32,000 nt of DNA from Faecalibaculum rodentium (GCF_001564455.1 NZ_CP011391.1:420001-452000), one strand, 5' to 3'; shown: positions 17,126-26,187, counted from the stretch's first letter. Made by a program: numbers and translations. The notes: a model not told the origin generated them from the sequence alone.

Positions 17126-18376
17126 ATGAATTTTGTAGAGGACAATGGTAAAAAAATCGCAGCTGTCTTGTGCGTGGCATCATGTTTCCCCGTGATTGCC
17201 ACAGTCTACGCTATGGAGACCGCACCTGGATGGCATGGCGACAAGTACATCAACAATGACTCCACTGTAGCCAAAGGATGGCAGGAGATTGAAGGCAAGT
17301 CCTGGTACTTCTCTGAAGAAGACGGAACTGTTGATACAGAAACCACACGCAGCGCCGTTGTTGCAAGTGTTTCATCCAGCGTCAAGGATGAAATGAAGGC
17401 AAAAGCGGAAGCGGCCATTACCGAACAGGCTGCTGCAGAAGCAGCCGCTGAAGAGCCCGTTGCACCCGCTGCAGAAGAAGCAGCTCCCGTTGAAGAGGCG
17501 GCACCTGTTGAAAAGACAGTACCGGCAGTCGAAGAGGCAGCTCCTGTTCTGGAAGCCGAACCGATGGTTGCCGAGACCGTGGTCGAACAGCCGGTGGAAG
17601 CCGCACCTGCAGTAACTGAAACTGCCCCGGTCGTGGAAGCCGCACCGGTTGAATCCATCCCCGTGGAAGAAGCCGCACCCATTGTGACAGAAACCCCTGT
17701 TGTGGAGACTGCCCCTGCCCCCGTGACACCGGAAGAAGCAGCTCCTGCACCGGTTGAACCCGCACCGGCACCCGAGTATGTGGCACCGGCACCGGAACCC
17801 GCACCGGCACCCGAGTACGTAGAACCGACACCGGAACCCGCACCGGCACCCGAGTATGTGGCACCGGCACCGGAACCCGCACCGGCACCCGAGTACGTGG
17901 AACCGACACCGGAACCCGCACCGGCACCCGAGTACGTGGAACCGACACCGGAACCCGCACCGGCACCCGAGTATGTGGCACCGGCACCGGAACCCACGCC
18001 GGAACCTGCACCGGCACCTGTGGATCCCAATGCGGACCTGAACAGCTCCATTGCCAATGCGGCTCTGGGCATGGTGGGAACCACCAATGGCTGGCAGTGC
18101 ACCGAAGTCGCCACCGGCGCCCTGAATGCAGCCGGCGTTGGCGCAGGCGTTGTATGGCCCAGCGAGTACATCCAGTATGGATACTACGTGGATCCGTCCC
18201 AGGCAGTGGCCGGAAACCTGATTTACTACAACAACGGCGGAAATGGCTATGACCACATTGCTGTCTACATCGGTGACGGCCAGGCCGTTCACGGAAACTA
18301 CGACGGCCAGACTGTCGTGGCAGATGCCTATCTGTCCACCGCCGGTTCGCCGCAGTTCATCCAGATTGCACAGTAA
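17126..18376 (+). CDS. Secreted cell-wall hydrolase: signal peptide + cell-wall-binding repeat + Ala/Pro/Glu-rich repeat linker + C-terminal papain-like (NlpC/P60-CHAP superfamily) domain
   Basis: Start set to ATG 17126 (AGGAGG at 17114-17119). Signal-like KKIAAVLCVASCFPVIATVYA. GWQEIEGKSWYFSEEDGTVD resembles CW_binding_1 repeats. The linker is long and low-complexity. The C-terminus has a candidate Cys nucleophile (NGWQCTEV) and His motif (YDHIAVYIGDGQAVHG). Strong terminator downstream. Confidence 0.75.
   Translation: MNFVEDNGKKIAAVLCVASCFPVIATVYAMETAPGWHGDKYINNDSTVAKGWQEIEGKSWYFSEEDGTVDTETTRSAVVASVSSSVKDEMKAKAEAAITEQAAAEAAAEEPVAPAAEEAAPVEEAAPVEKTVPAVEEAAPVLEAEPMVAETVVEQPVEAAPAVTETAPVVEAAPVESIPVEEAAPIVTETPVVETAPAPVTPEEAAPAPVEPAPAPEYVAPAPEPAPAPEYVEPTPEPAPAPEYVAPAPEPAPAPEYVEPTPEPAPAPEYVEPTPEPAPAPEYVAPAPEPTPEPAPAPVDPNADLNSSIANAALGMVGTTNGWQCTEVATGALNAAGVGAGVVWPSEYIQYGYYVDPSQAVAGNLIYYNNGGNGYDHIAVYIGDGQAVHGNYDGQTVVADAYLSTAGSPQFIQIAQ
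17756..17989 (+). repeat. In-frame tandem repeat, 6 x 39 bp (13-aa unit PAPAPEYV[A/E]P[A/T]PE) inside the cell-wall hydrolase gene
   Basis: Copies start at 17756, 17795, 17834, 17873, 17912 and 17951. Copies 1, 3 and 6 are identical to each other (EYVAPAPE type). Copies 2, 4 and 5 (EYVEPTPE type) differ from one another by at most 1 nt. A degenerate partial copy follows, up to about 18017. Confidence 0.95.
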
Positions 18377-18382
18377 ACAAAC

Positions 18383-18416
18383 AAGCCTGACGTCTGTCAG
18401 GCTTTTGTCTGTTTTT
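18383..18416 (+). terminator. Intrinsic terminator after the cell-wall hydrolase gene
   Basis: AAGCCTGAC-gtct-GTCAGGCTT (9-bp stem) followed by TTGTCTGTTTTT. Confidence 0.75.
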
Positions 18417-18450
18417 CCCGGGCTGTCCCGGGACCGGAAAGGACACAGAT

Positions 18451-18963
18451 ATGACACCCACTGAACTTCTTCTTGACCGTGCCTCCTGCAAATCCTATAC
18501 CAGCGAACCGCTGCTGCCGGATGAGGCACGGCTCATTGTCCAGGCCGGACAGGCAGCACCTTCCGGCATGAACCGCCAGCCGACTGCCTTTCTGGCAGTC
18601 CTGGACCCGGCCATCCGTGACCGGCTCTCCAGACTGAATGCTGCAGTGCTGCAGACAAAGACCGACCCGTTTTACGGAGCACCGGCTGTGTTTGCCGTCC
18701 TGGCAGACCCGTCAGCTTCCACCTATCTGTATGATGGCTCGCTGGCAGCGGGTCAGATGCTGCTGCAGGCGAACGCCCTGGGACTGGGGTCCTGCTGGAT
18801 CCACCGGGCCAGAGAGGTGTTTGAAACAGAGGAAGGAAAGTCCATCCTGAAACAGGCGGGGCTTCCTGAGGACTATGAAGGGATCGGATTTGTGATTGCC
18901 GGTCATCCCGCCACAAAACCGGCTGTCAAAAAGAAAACCTCCCTGACGGGGTGGCTTGTATGA
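18451..18963 (+). CDS. Nitroreductase-family protein
   Basis: 170 aa. RASCKSYT, APSGMNRQP and GLGSCWI motifs typical of the FMN nitroreductase fold. Confidence 0.8.
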   Translation: MTPTELLLDRASCKSYTSEPLLPDEARLIVQAGQAAPSGMNRQPTAFLAVLDPAIRDRLSRLNAAVLQTKTDPFYGAPAVFAVLADPSASTYLYDGSLAAGQMLLQANALGLGSCWIHRAREVFETEEGKSILKQAGLPEDYEGIGFVIAGHPATKPAVKKKTSLTGWLV

Positions 18964-19439
18964 TCCGCGTAGGCCAGTCCGTGGACATTCATCCCCTCAA
19001 GCCGGGCCGGGACCTGGTTCTGGGCGGCGTGAAAATCGACCACGAAACCGGACTGGATGGTCACAGCGATGCGGATGTCCTCGTGCATGCCATTGCGGAA
19101 TCCATTCTCGGGGCCCTTGCCCTGGGTGACCTGGGAACGCATTTTCCCGACACAGATCCCAGGTACAAAGGCATATCCAGCCTGAAGCTTCTGGCACATA
19201 CCGTTGACCTTGCAGCCCATACAGGATATCGGCTTGTCAACCTCGATGCCACGATCCTGGCAGAACGGCCGAAAATGGCACCCCATATCCCCGTCATGCG
19301 GGAAAACATTGCCAGGGTCCTCTCCTGTGATGTCTCGCAGGTTTCCATCAAAGCCACACGGGGAGAAAAACTCGGATTTGTGGGACGGCAGGAAGGCATC
19401 GCAGCGGTCTGCGTCTGTCTTCTGGAGGACAGACGGTGA
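18960..19439 (+). CDS. ispF: 2-C-methyl-D-erythritol 2,4-cyclodiphosphate synthase
   Basis: MIRVGQSVDIHPL, GHSDADVLVHAI and GDLGTHFPDTDPRYKG motifs. ATG 18960 overlaps the upstream stop (ATGA). The alternative start is GTG 18951. Confidence 0.92.
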   Translation: MIRVGQSVDIHPLKPGRDLVLGGVKIDHETGLDGHSDADVLVHAIAESILGALALGDLGTHFPDTDPRYKGISSLKLLAHTVDLAAHTGYRLVNLDATILAERPKMAPHIPVMRENIARVLSCDVSQVSIKATRGEKLGFVGRQEGIAAVCVCLLEDRR

Positions 19440-19879
19440 GGTGTGTTCTGCAGCGGGTCACGGAAGCCCGCTGTGTGATCGAAGGAGAAACTGTGGGCGA
19501 AATCGGCGCAGGGTACATGATCCTCACCGGATTCTGTGCAGCGGATACAAAAGACACCATCGACCGCATGATCCGGAAAATTCTGGGTCTCCGGGTGTTT
19601 TCCGATGAACAGGGCAAGATGAACAGGAGTCTGCTGGATGTGGAGGGCTCTGTGCTCAATATCAGCCAGTTTACGCTCTACGCCGACTGCCGGAAGGGAA
19701 ACCGGCCGGGTTTTTCGCAGGCAGCCTGTCCAGAGGTGGCCATTCCGTTGTATAATTATATGAATGAACAGCTCGCAAGACAGGTTCCGACTGCAACCGG
19801 CCGGTTCGGTGCCGATATGCAGATTCACCTGATCAACGACGGACCTGTGACGATCGAGCTTGAAATGGGGGAAATTTGA
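19436..19879 (+). CDS. dtd: D-aminoacyl-tRNA deacylase
   Basis: 147 aa. [25 protein letters not shown] and a C-terminal NDGPVT motif. The GTG start overlaps the ispF stop (GTGA). GGAGG at 19424-19428. Confidence 0.92.
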   Translation: MRCVLQRVTEARCVIEGETVGEIGAGYMILTGFCAADTKDTIDRMIRKILGLRVFSDEQGKMNRSLLDVEGSVLNISQFTLYADCRKGNRPGFSQAACPEVAIPLYNYMNEQLARQVPTATGRFGADMQIHLINDGPVTIELEMGEI

Positions 19880-20733
19880 TGAGAATCGATGGAAAAGCGC
19901 TGGCGGCTGCCAGACGCGAGGCCACCGCAGAGGCGGTGCAGCGCCGGACAGAACAGGGTCTGCCGGCCCCGGTCCTGGCGGTGATTCTGGTCGGGGAAGA
20001 CCCTGCCAGCCAGGTCTATGTACGCAACAAGGAAAACGCCTGCCGAAAGGCGGGAATCGAGCCCCGCACCTGGCGGCTGCCGGCAGACACCGCCCAGACA
20101 GATCTTCTGGACCTGATCGCGCAGCTCAACAGCGATCCTGCGGTGCATGGGATCCTGGTGCAGATGCCGCTGCCGAAACACCTGGATGAGCAGGCTGTGA
20201 TCGATGCCATCGATCCGGACAAAGACGTGGATGGACTGCATCCCGTCAACGCCGGACGTCTGGCCAGCGGCCTGCCGGGATTTGTACCCTGCACACCGCA
20301 GGGAGCCATCGCCCTGCTGGAAAGTGCCGGACTGACGGATATGACCGGCCTGAAGGCTGTGGTGGTCGGCCGCTCCGTCCTGGTGGGCAAGCCCATGGCG
20401 CAGCTTCTCCTGGAACGGAACGCGACTGTCACGATCTGCCATTCCCGGACCCGGGATCTTGCTTCGCAGGTGAAGGACGCAGACATCGTGGTGGCAGCCG
20501 TTGGGCGTCCGGAACTGATTCAGGGGGACTGGATCAAAGACGGTGCCTATGTGATCGATGTGGGGATCAACCGCGTAGAGGGACATCTCGTGGGGGATGT
20601 GCAGACAGAGGAAGCGGAGAAACACGCTGCAGCGATCACACCTGTTCCGGGTGGCTGCGGTCCCATGACAGTCCAGATGCTGCTGGAAAACACGCTGCTG
20701 GCAGCCAGACGGCAGGAAGAAACAGCCAGGTGA
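19879..20733 (+). CDS. folD: Bifunctional methylenetetrahydrofolate dehydrogenase/cyclohydrolase
   Basis: [34 protein letters not shown] and [10 protein letters not shown] motifs. ATG 19879 shares one nt with the dtd stop. TTG 19876 is the alternative start. Confidence 0.93.
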   Translation: MRIDGKALAAARREATAEAVQRRTEQGLPAPVLAVILVGEDPASQVYVRNKENACRKAGIEPRTWRLPADTAQTDLLDLIAQLNSDPAVHGILVQMPLPKHLDEQAVIDAIDPDKDVDGLHPVNAGRLASGLPGFVPCTPQGAIALLESAGLTDMTGLKAVVVGRSVLVGKPMAQLLLERNATVTICHSRTRDLASQVKDADIVVAAVGRPELIQGDWIKDGAYVIDVGINRVEGHLVGDVQTEEAEKHAAAITPVPGGCGPMTVQMLLENTLLAARRQEETAR

Positions 20734-20794
20734 AGACCCGAAGCGGCTGCTGCCCATCGGGCCAGAACCGCCTGCACATAAGGAGGACACGCTT

Positions 20795-21007
20795 GTGGAA
20801 TACAATCTGAATGATATTGTGGAGATGAAAAAAGAACACCCGTGCCATCTCTCGAAGCAATGGAAAATCATCCGCATGGGTGCCGATATCCGGATCAAGT
20901 GTCTGGGCTGCGGAACCAGCGTGCTGATGCCGCGCTTGAAATTTGAAAAGAAACTGAAAAAAGTCGTCACTCCCGCAGCCCAGTCAGGTCAGGCGGCAGA
21001 ACGCTGA
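20795..21007 (+). CDS. DUF951-family small protein (YyzM-like)
   Basis: 70 aa. GTG start with AGGAGG at 20781-20786. MKKEHPC...WKIIRMGADIRIKCLGCG...MPRLKFEKKLKK matches my recollection of DUF951, which typically sits just upstream of ychF in Firmicutes. Confidence 0.72.
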   Translation: MEYNLNDIVEMKKEHPCHLSKQWKIIRMGADIRIKCLGCGTSVLMPRLKFEKKLKKVVTPAAQSGQAAER

Positions 21008-21069
21008 ACACTGCCGGACCCGCCTGGTCAAAGACAGACAGAACACAGATACGAAAGGAACGATGAGCC

Positions 21070-22170
21070 ATGCCACTGCAGGCAGGAATTGTGGGACTCC
21101 CCAATGTCGGGAAATCCACGTTATTCAATGCAATCACCAACTCTCAGGTCGAAGCGGCCAACTATCCCTTTGCGACCATTGCCCCGAACGTCGGGGTCGT
21201 GGAAGTGCCGGATGCCCGGATCGACCGGCTGACCGAACTGTTTCAGCCGAAAAAGACCATTTACACAACCTTCGAATTCACCGACATCGCCGGCCTGGTC
21301 AAAGGCGCATCCAAGGGCGAGGGACTGGGCAACCAGTTTCTGTCGAACATCCGGCTGACAGATGCCATCTGCCATGTCGTGCGGTGTTTCGATGACCCGA
21401 ACATCACCCACGTGGAGACAACCATTGACCCCGTGCGGGACATTGAGATCATCAACCTGGAGCTGATCCTGGCGGATCTGCAGACAGTGGAAAACCGCAT
21501 TGCGAAAGTGGAGCGGAAGGCGAAAACCAAAGACAAGGAAGCGGTGGCGGAGCTGTCGCTTCTGAAGAGACTGCAGCCGCATCTGGAAGCCGGCGAACCG
21601 GCCCGGACACTGGAGATGGATGAAGAGGAACAGGCAATGGTCAAAGGTTACGGGCTGATCACCATGAAACCGGTGATCTACATTGCCAATACCGATGAAG
21701 AAGGCGTTTCCTCTCCGGAAGACAACGTCTACTGGCAGCAGGTGAAGGACTATGCTGCCAGGCATGACAGCGAGGCCGTTTTGCTGTGTGCAAAAATGGA
21801 AGAGGATCTCTCCGGCATGGACCGGGAAGAAAAGCAGGCGTTCCTCGATGAACTCGGGCTGCCGGCTTCCGGACTGGACCAGGTCATCACCCGGGCCTAT
21901 GCCATCCTTGGGCTGCAGACATTCCTCACCGCCGGTCCCGATGAATGCCGGGCATGGACTTTCCGGAAGGGCATGAAAGCCCCGGAATGTGCCGGGGTCA
22001 TTCACTCGGACTTCCAGCGCGGCTTCATCAAGGCAGAAGTCTACCGGTTCCAGGACATGGATGAGCTCGAAAGCGAAGCGGCGATCCGGGAAGCCGGACG
22101 CATGCGCATGGAGGGCAAGGAATACGTGGTGCAGGACGGCGACGTGATGCACTTCCGGTTCAACGTATGA
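21070..22170 (+). CDS. ychF: Ribosome-binding ATPase YchF
   Basis: 366 aa. G1 [22 protein letters not shown], and a C-terminal TGS-like domain ([11 protein letters not shown]...[18 protein letters not shown]). Confidence 0.95.
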   Translation: MPLQAGIVGLPNVGKSTLFNAITNSQVEAANYPFATIAPNVGVVEVPDARIDRLTELFQPKKTIYTTFEFTDIAGLVKGASKGEGLGNQFLSNIRLTDAICHVVRCFDDPNITHVETTIDPVRDIEIINLELILADLQTVENRIAKVERKAKTKDKEAVAELSLLKRLQPHLEAGEPARTLEMDEEEQAMVKGYGLITMKPVIYIANTDEEGVSSPEDNVYWQQVKDYAARHDSEAVLLCAKMEEDLSGMDREEKQAFLDELGLPASGLDQVITRAYAILGLQTFLTAGPDECRAWTFRKGMKAPECAGVIHSDFQRGFIKAEVYRFQDMDELESEAAIREAGRMRMEGKEYVVQDGDVMHFRFNV

Positions 22171-22213
22171 GAACGGAGCCGCTGACTGCATCCGCCGGAC
22201 GGGAGGCATCGCT

Positions 22214-22864
22214 GTGATCCTGGGACAGAGCCTGAGCCAGATCGTGGTACTGGTCATTGCCGTGATCCTGTCCATGTCCATACACGAAGCCGCCCATGGG
22301 CTGGTCTCGTACTGGTTTGGGGACCCGACCGCCAGACAGGCGGGCAGACTGTCCCTGAATCCCCTGGCACATATTGACTGGAGCGGACTGCTCTGCCTGC
22401 TGCTGTTCGGGTTCGGCTGGGCCAAGCCGGTCCCCGTGGATCCCTCCTATTACAAGGATCCAAAGGCCGGCATGATCTGGACAGCCTTTGCAGGACCCGT
22501 CGCAAACTTCCTTCTGGGGTTTGTGTGCGTGTTTCTCTATTATCTGCTCCTGAAACTGGCACCGGGCTTTGCCTTCGGGACCGTTGGCAGTTTTGTGGAA
22601 TCGGTGTTTGCGACCACCGCCATTCTGTCCACTGGATTCGGGATCTTCAACCTGATCCCTGTGCCGCCTCTGGACGGATCCAAGATCCTGTTCGCGTTTC
22701 TGCCTGACCAGGAATACTACCGAGTCACGAGAGGCACACCCTGGATGTACATTCTGTTCATCGCACTGCTCTGGAGCGGCCTGATTTCAGGTCCCATCGG
22801 CATGCTGCGGGGGGCCATGATCGACGCCTTTTCCTCTGCCGCGATGTTTCTTCTGGGTATGTAA
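22214..22864 (+). CDS. Site-2 protease family (peptidase M50) membrane metalloprotease
   Basis: 216 aa polytopic protein. HExxH (HEAAHGLV) in the first TM segment and NLIPVPPLDG as the second zinc-ligand motif. GTG start with GGGAGG at 22201-22206. Confidence 0.8.
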   Translation: MILGQSLSQIVVLVIAVILSMSIHEAAHGLVSYWFGDPTARQAGRLSLNPLAHIDWSGLLCLLLFGFGWAKPVPVDPSYYKDPKAGMIWTAFAGPVANFLLGFVCVFLYYLLLKLAPGFAFGTVGSFVESVFATTAILSTGFGIFNLIPVPPLDGSKILFAFLPDQEYYRVTRGTPWMYILFIALLWSGLISGPIGMLRGAMIDAFSSAAMFLLGM

Positions 22865-22873
22865 CTGTGATTC

Positions 22874-22903
22874 ACCCGGTTCTGTCTGCAGGACCGGGTT
22901 TTT
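22874..22903 (+). terminator. Intrinsic terminator after the M50 protease gene
   Basis: ACCCGGTTC-tgtctgca-GGACCGGGT (9 bp including one G-U pair) followed by TTTTT. Confidence 0.7.
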
Positions 22904-23026
22904 GGTATACAGTCAGACTGCTGCCGATGTCGGCAGAATCTGGTTTTATGACACAACCGGAGAAGATGATGTGCATTTCATCTCCGGCGTCTGTTTTTCA
23001 CGATTGTTACAAATTTTTTCAGGCCG

Positions 23027-23055
23027 TTGCAATCCCAAAATGCAAAGCGTATGAT
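23027..23055 (+). promoter_or_regulatory. Candidate promoter of the amino acid ABC transporter operon
   Basis: TTGCAA (23027-23032), N17, TATGAT (23050-23055), about 28 nt upstream of the start codon. Confidence 0.5.
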
Positions 23056-23083
23056 AAACGCATATTACGGGAGGAAACGTACT

Positions 23084-24280
23084 ATGAAGAGAGATTTCAT
23101 GAAGCTCCTGGCCGGCGGCCTCAGTGCTGCGATGCTGCTGGCAGGCTGCTCGGGAGCAGCCGGCTCAACCGCAGGCGGTTCATCCAGCGAAGGCGGTGCA
23201 TCGGCTGATGCAGGCGATACCGTCAAGATCGGCCTGAACTTCGAGCTGACCGGCGAGGTTTCCAGCTACGGCACAGCCGAGCGCAACGGTGCACAGCTGG
23301 CCATCGATGAATTCAACGCAAAGGAAGACAAGCCGTTCACAGTGGAAGGCGTGGAAATCGATTCCAAGGGTGACCCTGCTGAATCCACCACAGCCGCAAT
23401 CAAGCTGATTGATGAAGACCAGGTGGCTGCCATCGTGGGACCTGCCACATCTGCTCCGTCCATTTCCACATACCAGGCTGCTTCCGACAAGCAGACTCCG
23501 GTCGTGTCTCCTTCCGCCACACAGGTGGATGCAATGCTGAACAACGGCGAACCCTATGAATATGCATGGCGTGTCTGCTTCGAAGACAGCTACCAGGGCG
23601 CAGCCATGGCCATCTATGCCTACGAAACGCTCGGCGACAAGAATGCAGCCATCATCAACGAGACATCCGACTACGGTCAGGGCCTGGCCAAGACGTTCAA
23701 GGAAAAATTCGAGTCCCTGGGCGGCAAGGTCGTGGCACAGGAACAGTACAACGCCAAGGATACAGACTTCGCGTCCATCCTGACCAAGATCAAGGAAAAG
23801 AAATTTGATGTCCTGTATATCGCGGGCTACTACGGCGAAGCCGGCCTGATCATCAAGCAGGCCCGTGAATCCGGCATCGACTGCAACATTGTCGGCGCTG
23901 ACGGCTTCGAGTCCGAAAAGCTGGCGGAACTGGCCGGCAAGGAAAACCTGAACAAGGTATGGTACACGACCTGCTACACGACCGTGAATGCCTCCGATGA
24001 ACTGAAGAGCTTCATTGACGACTACACAGCCAAATACGACCAGGCTCCCAACATGTTCTCCGCTCTGGCTTATGACGCCACCAACCTGGTGCTCGATCAG
24101 CTGGCTGCCACAGGCAAGACCGGTGCCGAACTGAATGAAGCCATCAAGAAAGCCGACTTCTCCGGTCTGACCGGGTCCTTCACCTTTGACGAGAAGACCC
24201 ACACTCCGAAGAAAACCGTGCTGGTTGTCAACCAGGAAGACGGCGTGCAGACAGAAGTCGACGAAGTCGAAGTCAAATAA
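23084..24280 (+). CDS. ABC transporter substrate-binding lipoprotein, branched-chain amino acid (LivJ/BraC, Peripla_BP_6) type
   Basis: Start moved to ATG 23084 (GGGAGG at 23069-23074). Lipobox LLAGC|S. The alternating alpha/beta pattern and size fit type I periplasmic binding proteins. It is followed by livHMGF-type genes. Confidence 0.85.
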   Translation: MKRDFMKLLAGGLSAAMLLAGCSGAAGSTAGGSSSEGGASADAGDTVKIGLNFELTGEVSSYGTAERNGAQLAIDEFNAKEDKPFTVEGVEIDSKGDPAESTTAAIKLIDEDQVAAIVGPATSAPSISTYQAASDKQTPVVSPSATQVDAMLNNGEPYEYAWRVCFEDSYQGAAMAIYAYETLGDKNAAIINETSDYGQGLAKTFKEKFESLGGKVVAQEQYNAKDTDFASILTKIKEKKFDVLYIAGYYGEAGLIIKQARESGIDCNIVGADGFESEKLAELAGKENLNKVWYTTCYTTVNASDELKSFIDDYTAKYDQAPNMFSALAYDATNLVLDQLAATGKTGAELNEAIKKADFSGLTGSFTFDEKTHTPKKTVLVVNQEDGVQTEVDEVEVK

Positions 24281-24297
24281 GCGAAACCAATCAAGTC

Positions 24298-24326
24298 AAA
24301 TGGGGAACTGAGATTCCCCATTTTTT
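24298..24326 (+). terminator. Intra-operon hairpin/partial terminator between the binding-protein gene and livH
   Basis: AAATGGGGAA-ctgaga-TTCCCCATTT (10-bp stem) followed by TTT. It sits 17 nt before the livH start. Confidence 0.7.
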
Positions 24327-24342
24327 GAGTAAAGGAGGTCCA

Positions 24343-25221
24343 ATGAGCCAGTTTCTTCAGCAGGTCATCAACGGCCTGTCTCTGGGCAGCATCTATGCGC
24401 TGATCGCCCTGGGCTACACCATGGTCTATGGCATCATCAAGCTGATCAACTTCGCACACGGCGATGTCTACATGGTCGGCGCCTATACTGCCTTTATCTG
24501 CACCGCATGGCTGGGATTCGGGTTTTTCCCGGCACTGATCGCCAGCATGGTGGTCTGCGGACTGCTTGGTGTGCTGATCGAGCGCCTAGCCTACAAGCCC
24601 CTGCGAAAAGCCCCGCGGATCACGGCCCTGATCACCGCCATTGGCGTGAGCTACATCCTGGAATACACGATGCAGTATTTCATGGGCAGTGAAGTCCGCA
24701 CCTATCCCAACGTTCTTCCCAAAACCACCTACCAGCTGGGTCCGGTGTCCGTCACCACCCACCAGATCTATATTTTTGCGATCACCATCGTGCTCATGGT
24801 GACCCTGCAGTTCATCATTTCGAAGACCAGGATGGGCCGTGCCATGCGCGCGGTCTCCGTGGATGAACAGGCGGCGGAGCTCATGGGAATCAATGTCGAT
24901 ACCACGATTTCCTTCACCTTCCTGCTCGGATCCGCTCTGGCGGGTGCTGCGGGCATCCTGGTGGGCATCTACTACAACACCATCAACCCCCTGATGGGTC
25001 TGACCCCGGGCCTGAAGGCGTTTGTCGCCGCGGTATTCGGCGGCATCGGCAGTGTTCCCGGTGCCGTGATCGGTGGTCTGTTCATCGGCATTGCCGAGAC
25101 CATGGTCGTTGCCTATGGATCCAGTCTGTACCGGGATGCCATCGTGTACGCGATCCTGATCGTCGTGCTCATCGTCAAGCCCACCGGCCTGCTGGGCAAG
25201 AACCAGAGAGAGAAGGTGTAG
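24343..25221 (+). CDS. livH: Branched-chain amino acid ABC transporter permease (LivH type)
   Basis: Start at ATG 24343 (AAAGGAGG upstream). MSQFLQQVINGLSLGSIYALIALGYTMVYG is the hallmark LivH N-terminus. Confidence 0.88.
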   Translation: MSQFLQQVINGLSLGSIYALIALGYTMVYGIIKLINFAHGDVYMVGAYTAFICTAWLGFGFFPALIASMVVCGLLGVLIERLAYKPLRKAPRITALITAIGVSYILEYTMQYFMGSEVRTYPNVLPKTTYQLGPVSVTTHQIYIFAITIVLMVTLQFIISKTRMGRAMRAVSVDEQAAELMGINVDTTISFTFLLGSALAGAAGILVGIYYNTINPLMGLTPGLKAFVAAVFGGIGSVPGAVIGGLFIGIAETMVVAYGSSLYRDAIVYAILIVVLIVKPTGLLGKNQREKV

Positions 25222-25224
25222 TCC

Positions 25225-26187
25225 ATGCCAAAGAGTGTATTCACGAAGGAAAACCTCTGCTGGGTGATCCTGTCTGTCGTTCTCTTCGGTGTACTGACCC
25301 TGCTGATGCAGGCGGGCATCATCAACTCCTATTACAGGATCACGCTGTTCAACATCTGCATCAACATCATGCTGGCTGTGAGCCTGAACCTGGTCATTGG
25401 CATTTGCGGGCAGTTTTCCCTGGGCCACGCCGGGTTTATGTGCATCGGTGCATACAGTGCGGGTGTGATCACGAAAATAATCCCAAATTACGGCGGTCTC
25501 CTGCTGGGGATCCTGGTCGGATTCGCCATTTCGGCAGTTGCTGCTCTGATTGTCTCCGTGCCGACGCTGCGTCTGAAGGGTGACTATCTGGCGATCGCGA
25601 CCCTCGGATTTGCGGAAATCATCCGGATCCTGGTGCAGAACATGACCATCACCAACGGTGCGGCGGGTCTCTCCGGCATTCCGGCACTGACGACCTGGCC
25701 GATCCTGATCGTGGGTGTCATTGTAGCGATCGCGGTCTGCAGCAATGTCATGCGCAGTGCCCCGGGACGGGCCTGTCTGGCGATCCAGGATGACGAAATC
25801 GCTGCCGAGGCCATGGGCATCAACACCACGAAGTACAAGGTCATGGCATTTGTGATCGGGGCACTGATCGCAAGTCTGGCCGGCGCACTGTTCGCCTGCA
25901 GTTTCTATGTCATCAAGCCCAGTCAGTTCACGTTCAACCGCTCGATCGACATTCTGGTCATGGTGGTATTCGGCGGCATGGGCAGCATGACCAGTTCCGT
26001 GCTGGCAGCGATTGCCATCGGTCTGCTGAACACGATCCTGCAGAACTTCACAGACCTGCGCATGATCATCTACGGTCTGGCGCTGGTCATCATGATGATT
26101 TTCAAGCCCAACGGCCTGCTGGGAAAACGGGAGCTTTCCTTCAAAAGGATCCTGGCAAGGCGTGAGGCCGGAAAGGAGGCCAGCTGA
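25225..26187 (+). CDS. livM: Branched-chain amino acid ABC transporter permease (LivM type)
   Basis: 320 aa polytopic protein. GQFSLGHAGFMCIGAY motif typical of LivM. Confidence 0.88.
   Translation: MPKSVFTKENLCWVILSVVLFGVLTLLMQAGIINSYYRITLFNICINIMLAVSLNLVIGICGQFSLGHAGFMCIGAYSAGVITKIIPNYGGLLLGILVGFAISAVAALIVSVPTLRLKGDYLAIATLGFAEIIRILVQNMTITNGAAGLSGIPALTTWPILIVGVIVAIAVCSNVMRSAPGRACLAIQDDEIAAEAMGINTTKYKVMAFVIGALIASLAGALFACSFYVIKPSQFTFNRSIDILVMVVFGGMGSMTSSVLAAIAIGLLNTILQNFTDLRMIIYGLALVIMMIFKPNGLLGKRELSFKRILARREAGKEAS

Noticed and set aside
17756-17989. Regular 39-bp repeats considered as a possible CRISPR-like array
   Set aside because: The units are directly abutting with no unique spacers, are in frame within a protein-coding gene, and there are no cas genes.
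17206-18171. 321-aa minus-strand Gly/Ala/Ser-rich 'silk-like' repeat ORF, and the Arg/Cys/His-rich ORF at 17372-18529
   Set aside because: They are the reverse-complement reading of the Pro/Ala/Glu repeat linker. The plus-strand frame links a signal peptide, a wall-binding repeat and a peptidase domain in one continuous gene.
21121-22425. 434-aa minus-strand ORF antisense to ychF and the M50 protease
   Set aside because: Antisense to two well-supported genes. The composition is atypical and there is no ribosome-binding site.
23011-23025. CodY-box-like AAATTTTTTCAGG just upstream of the -35 of the amino acid transporter promoter
   Set aside because: Only the left half matches AATTTTCWGAAAATT. 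The right half is GC-rich and does not complete the palindrome.
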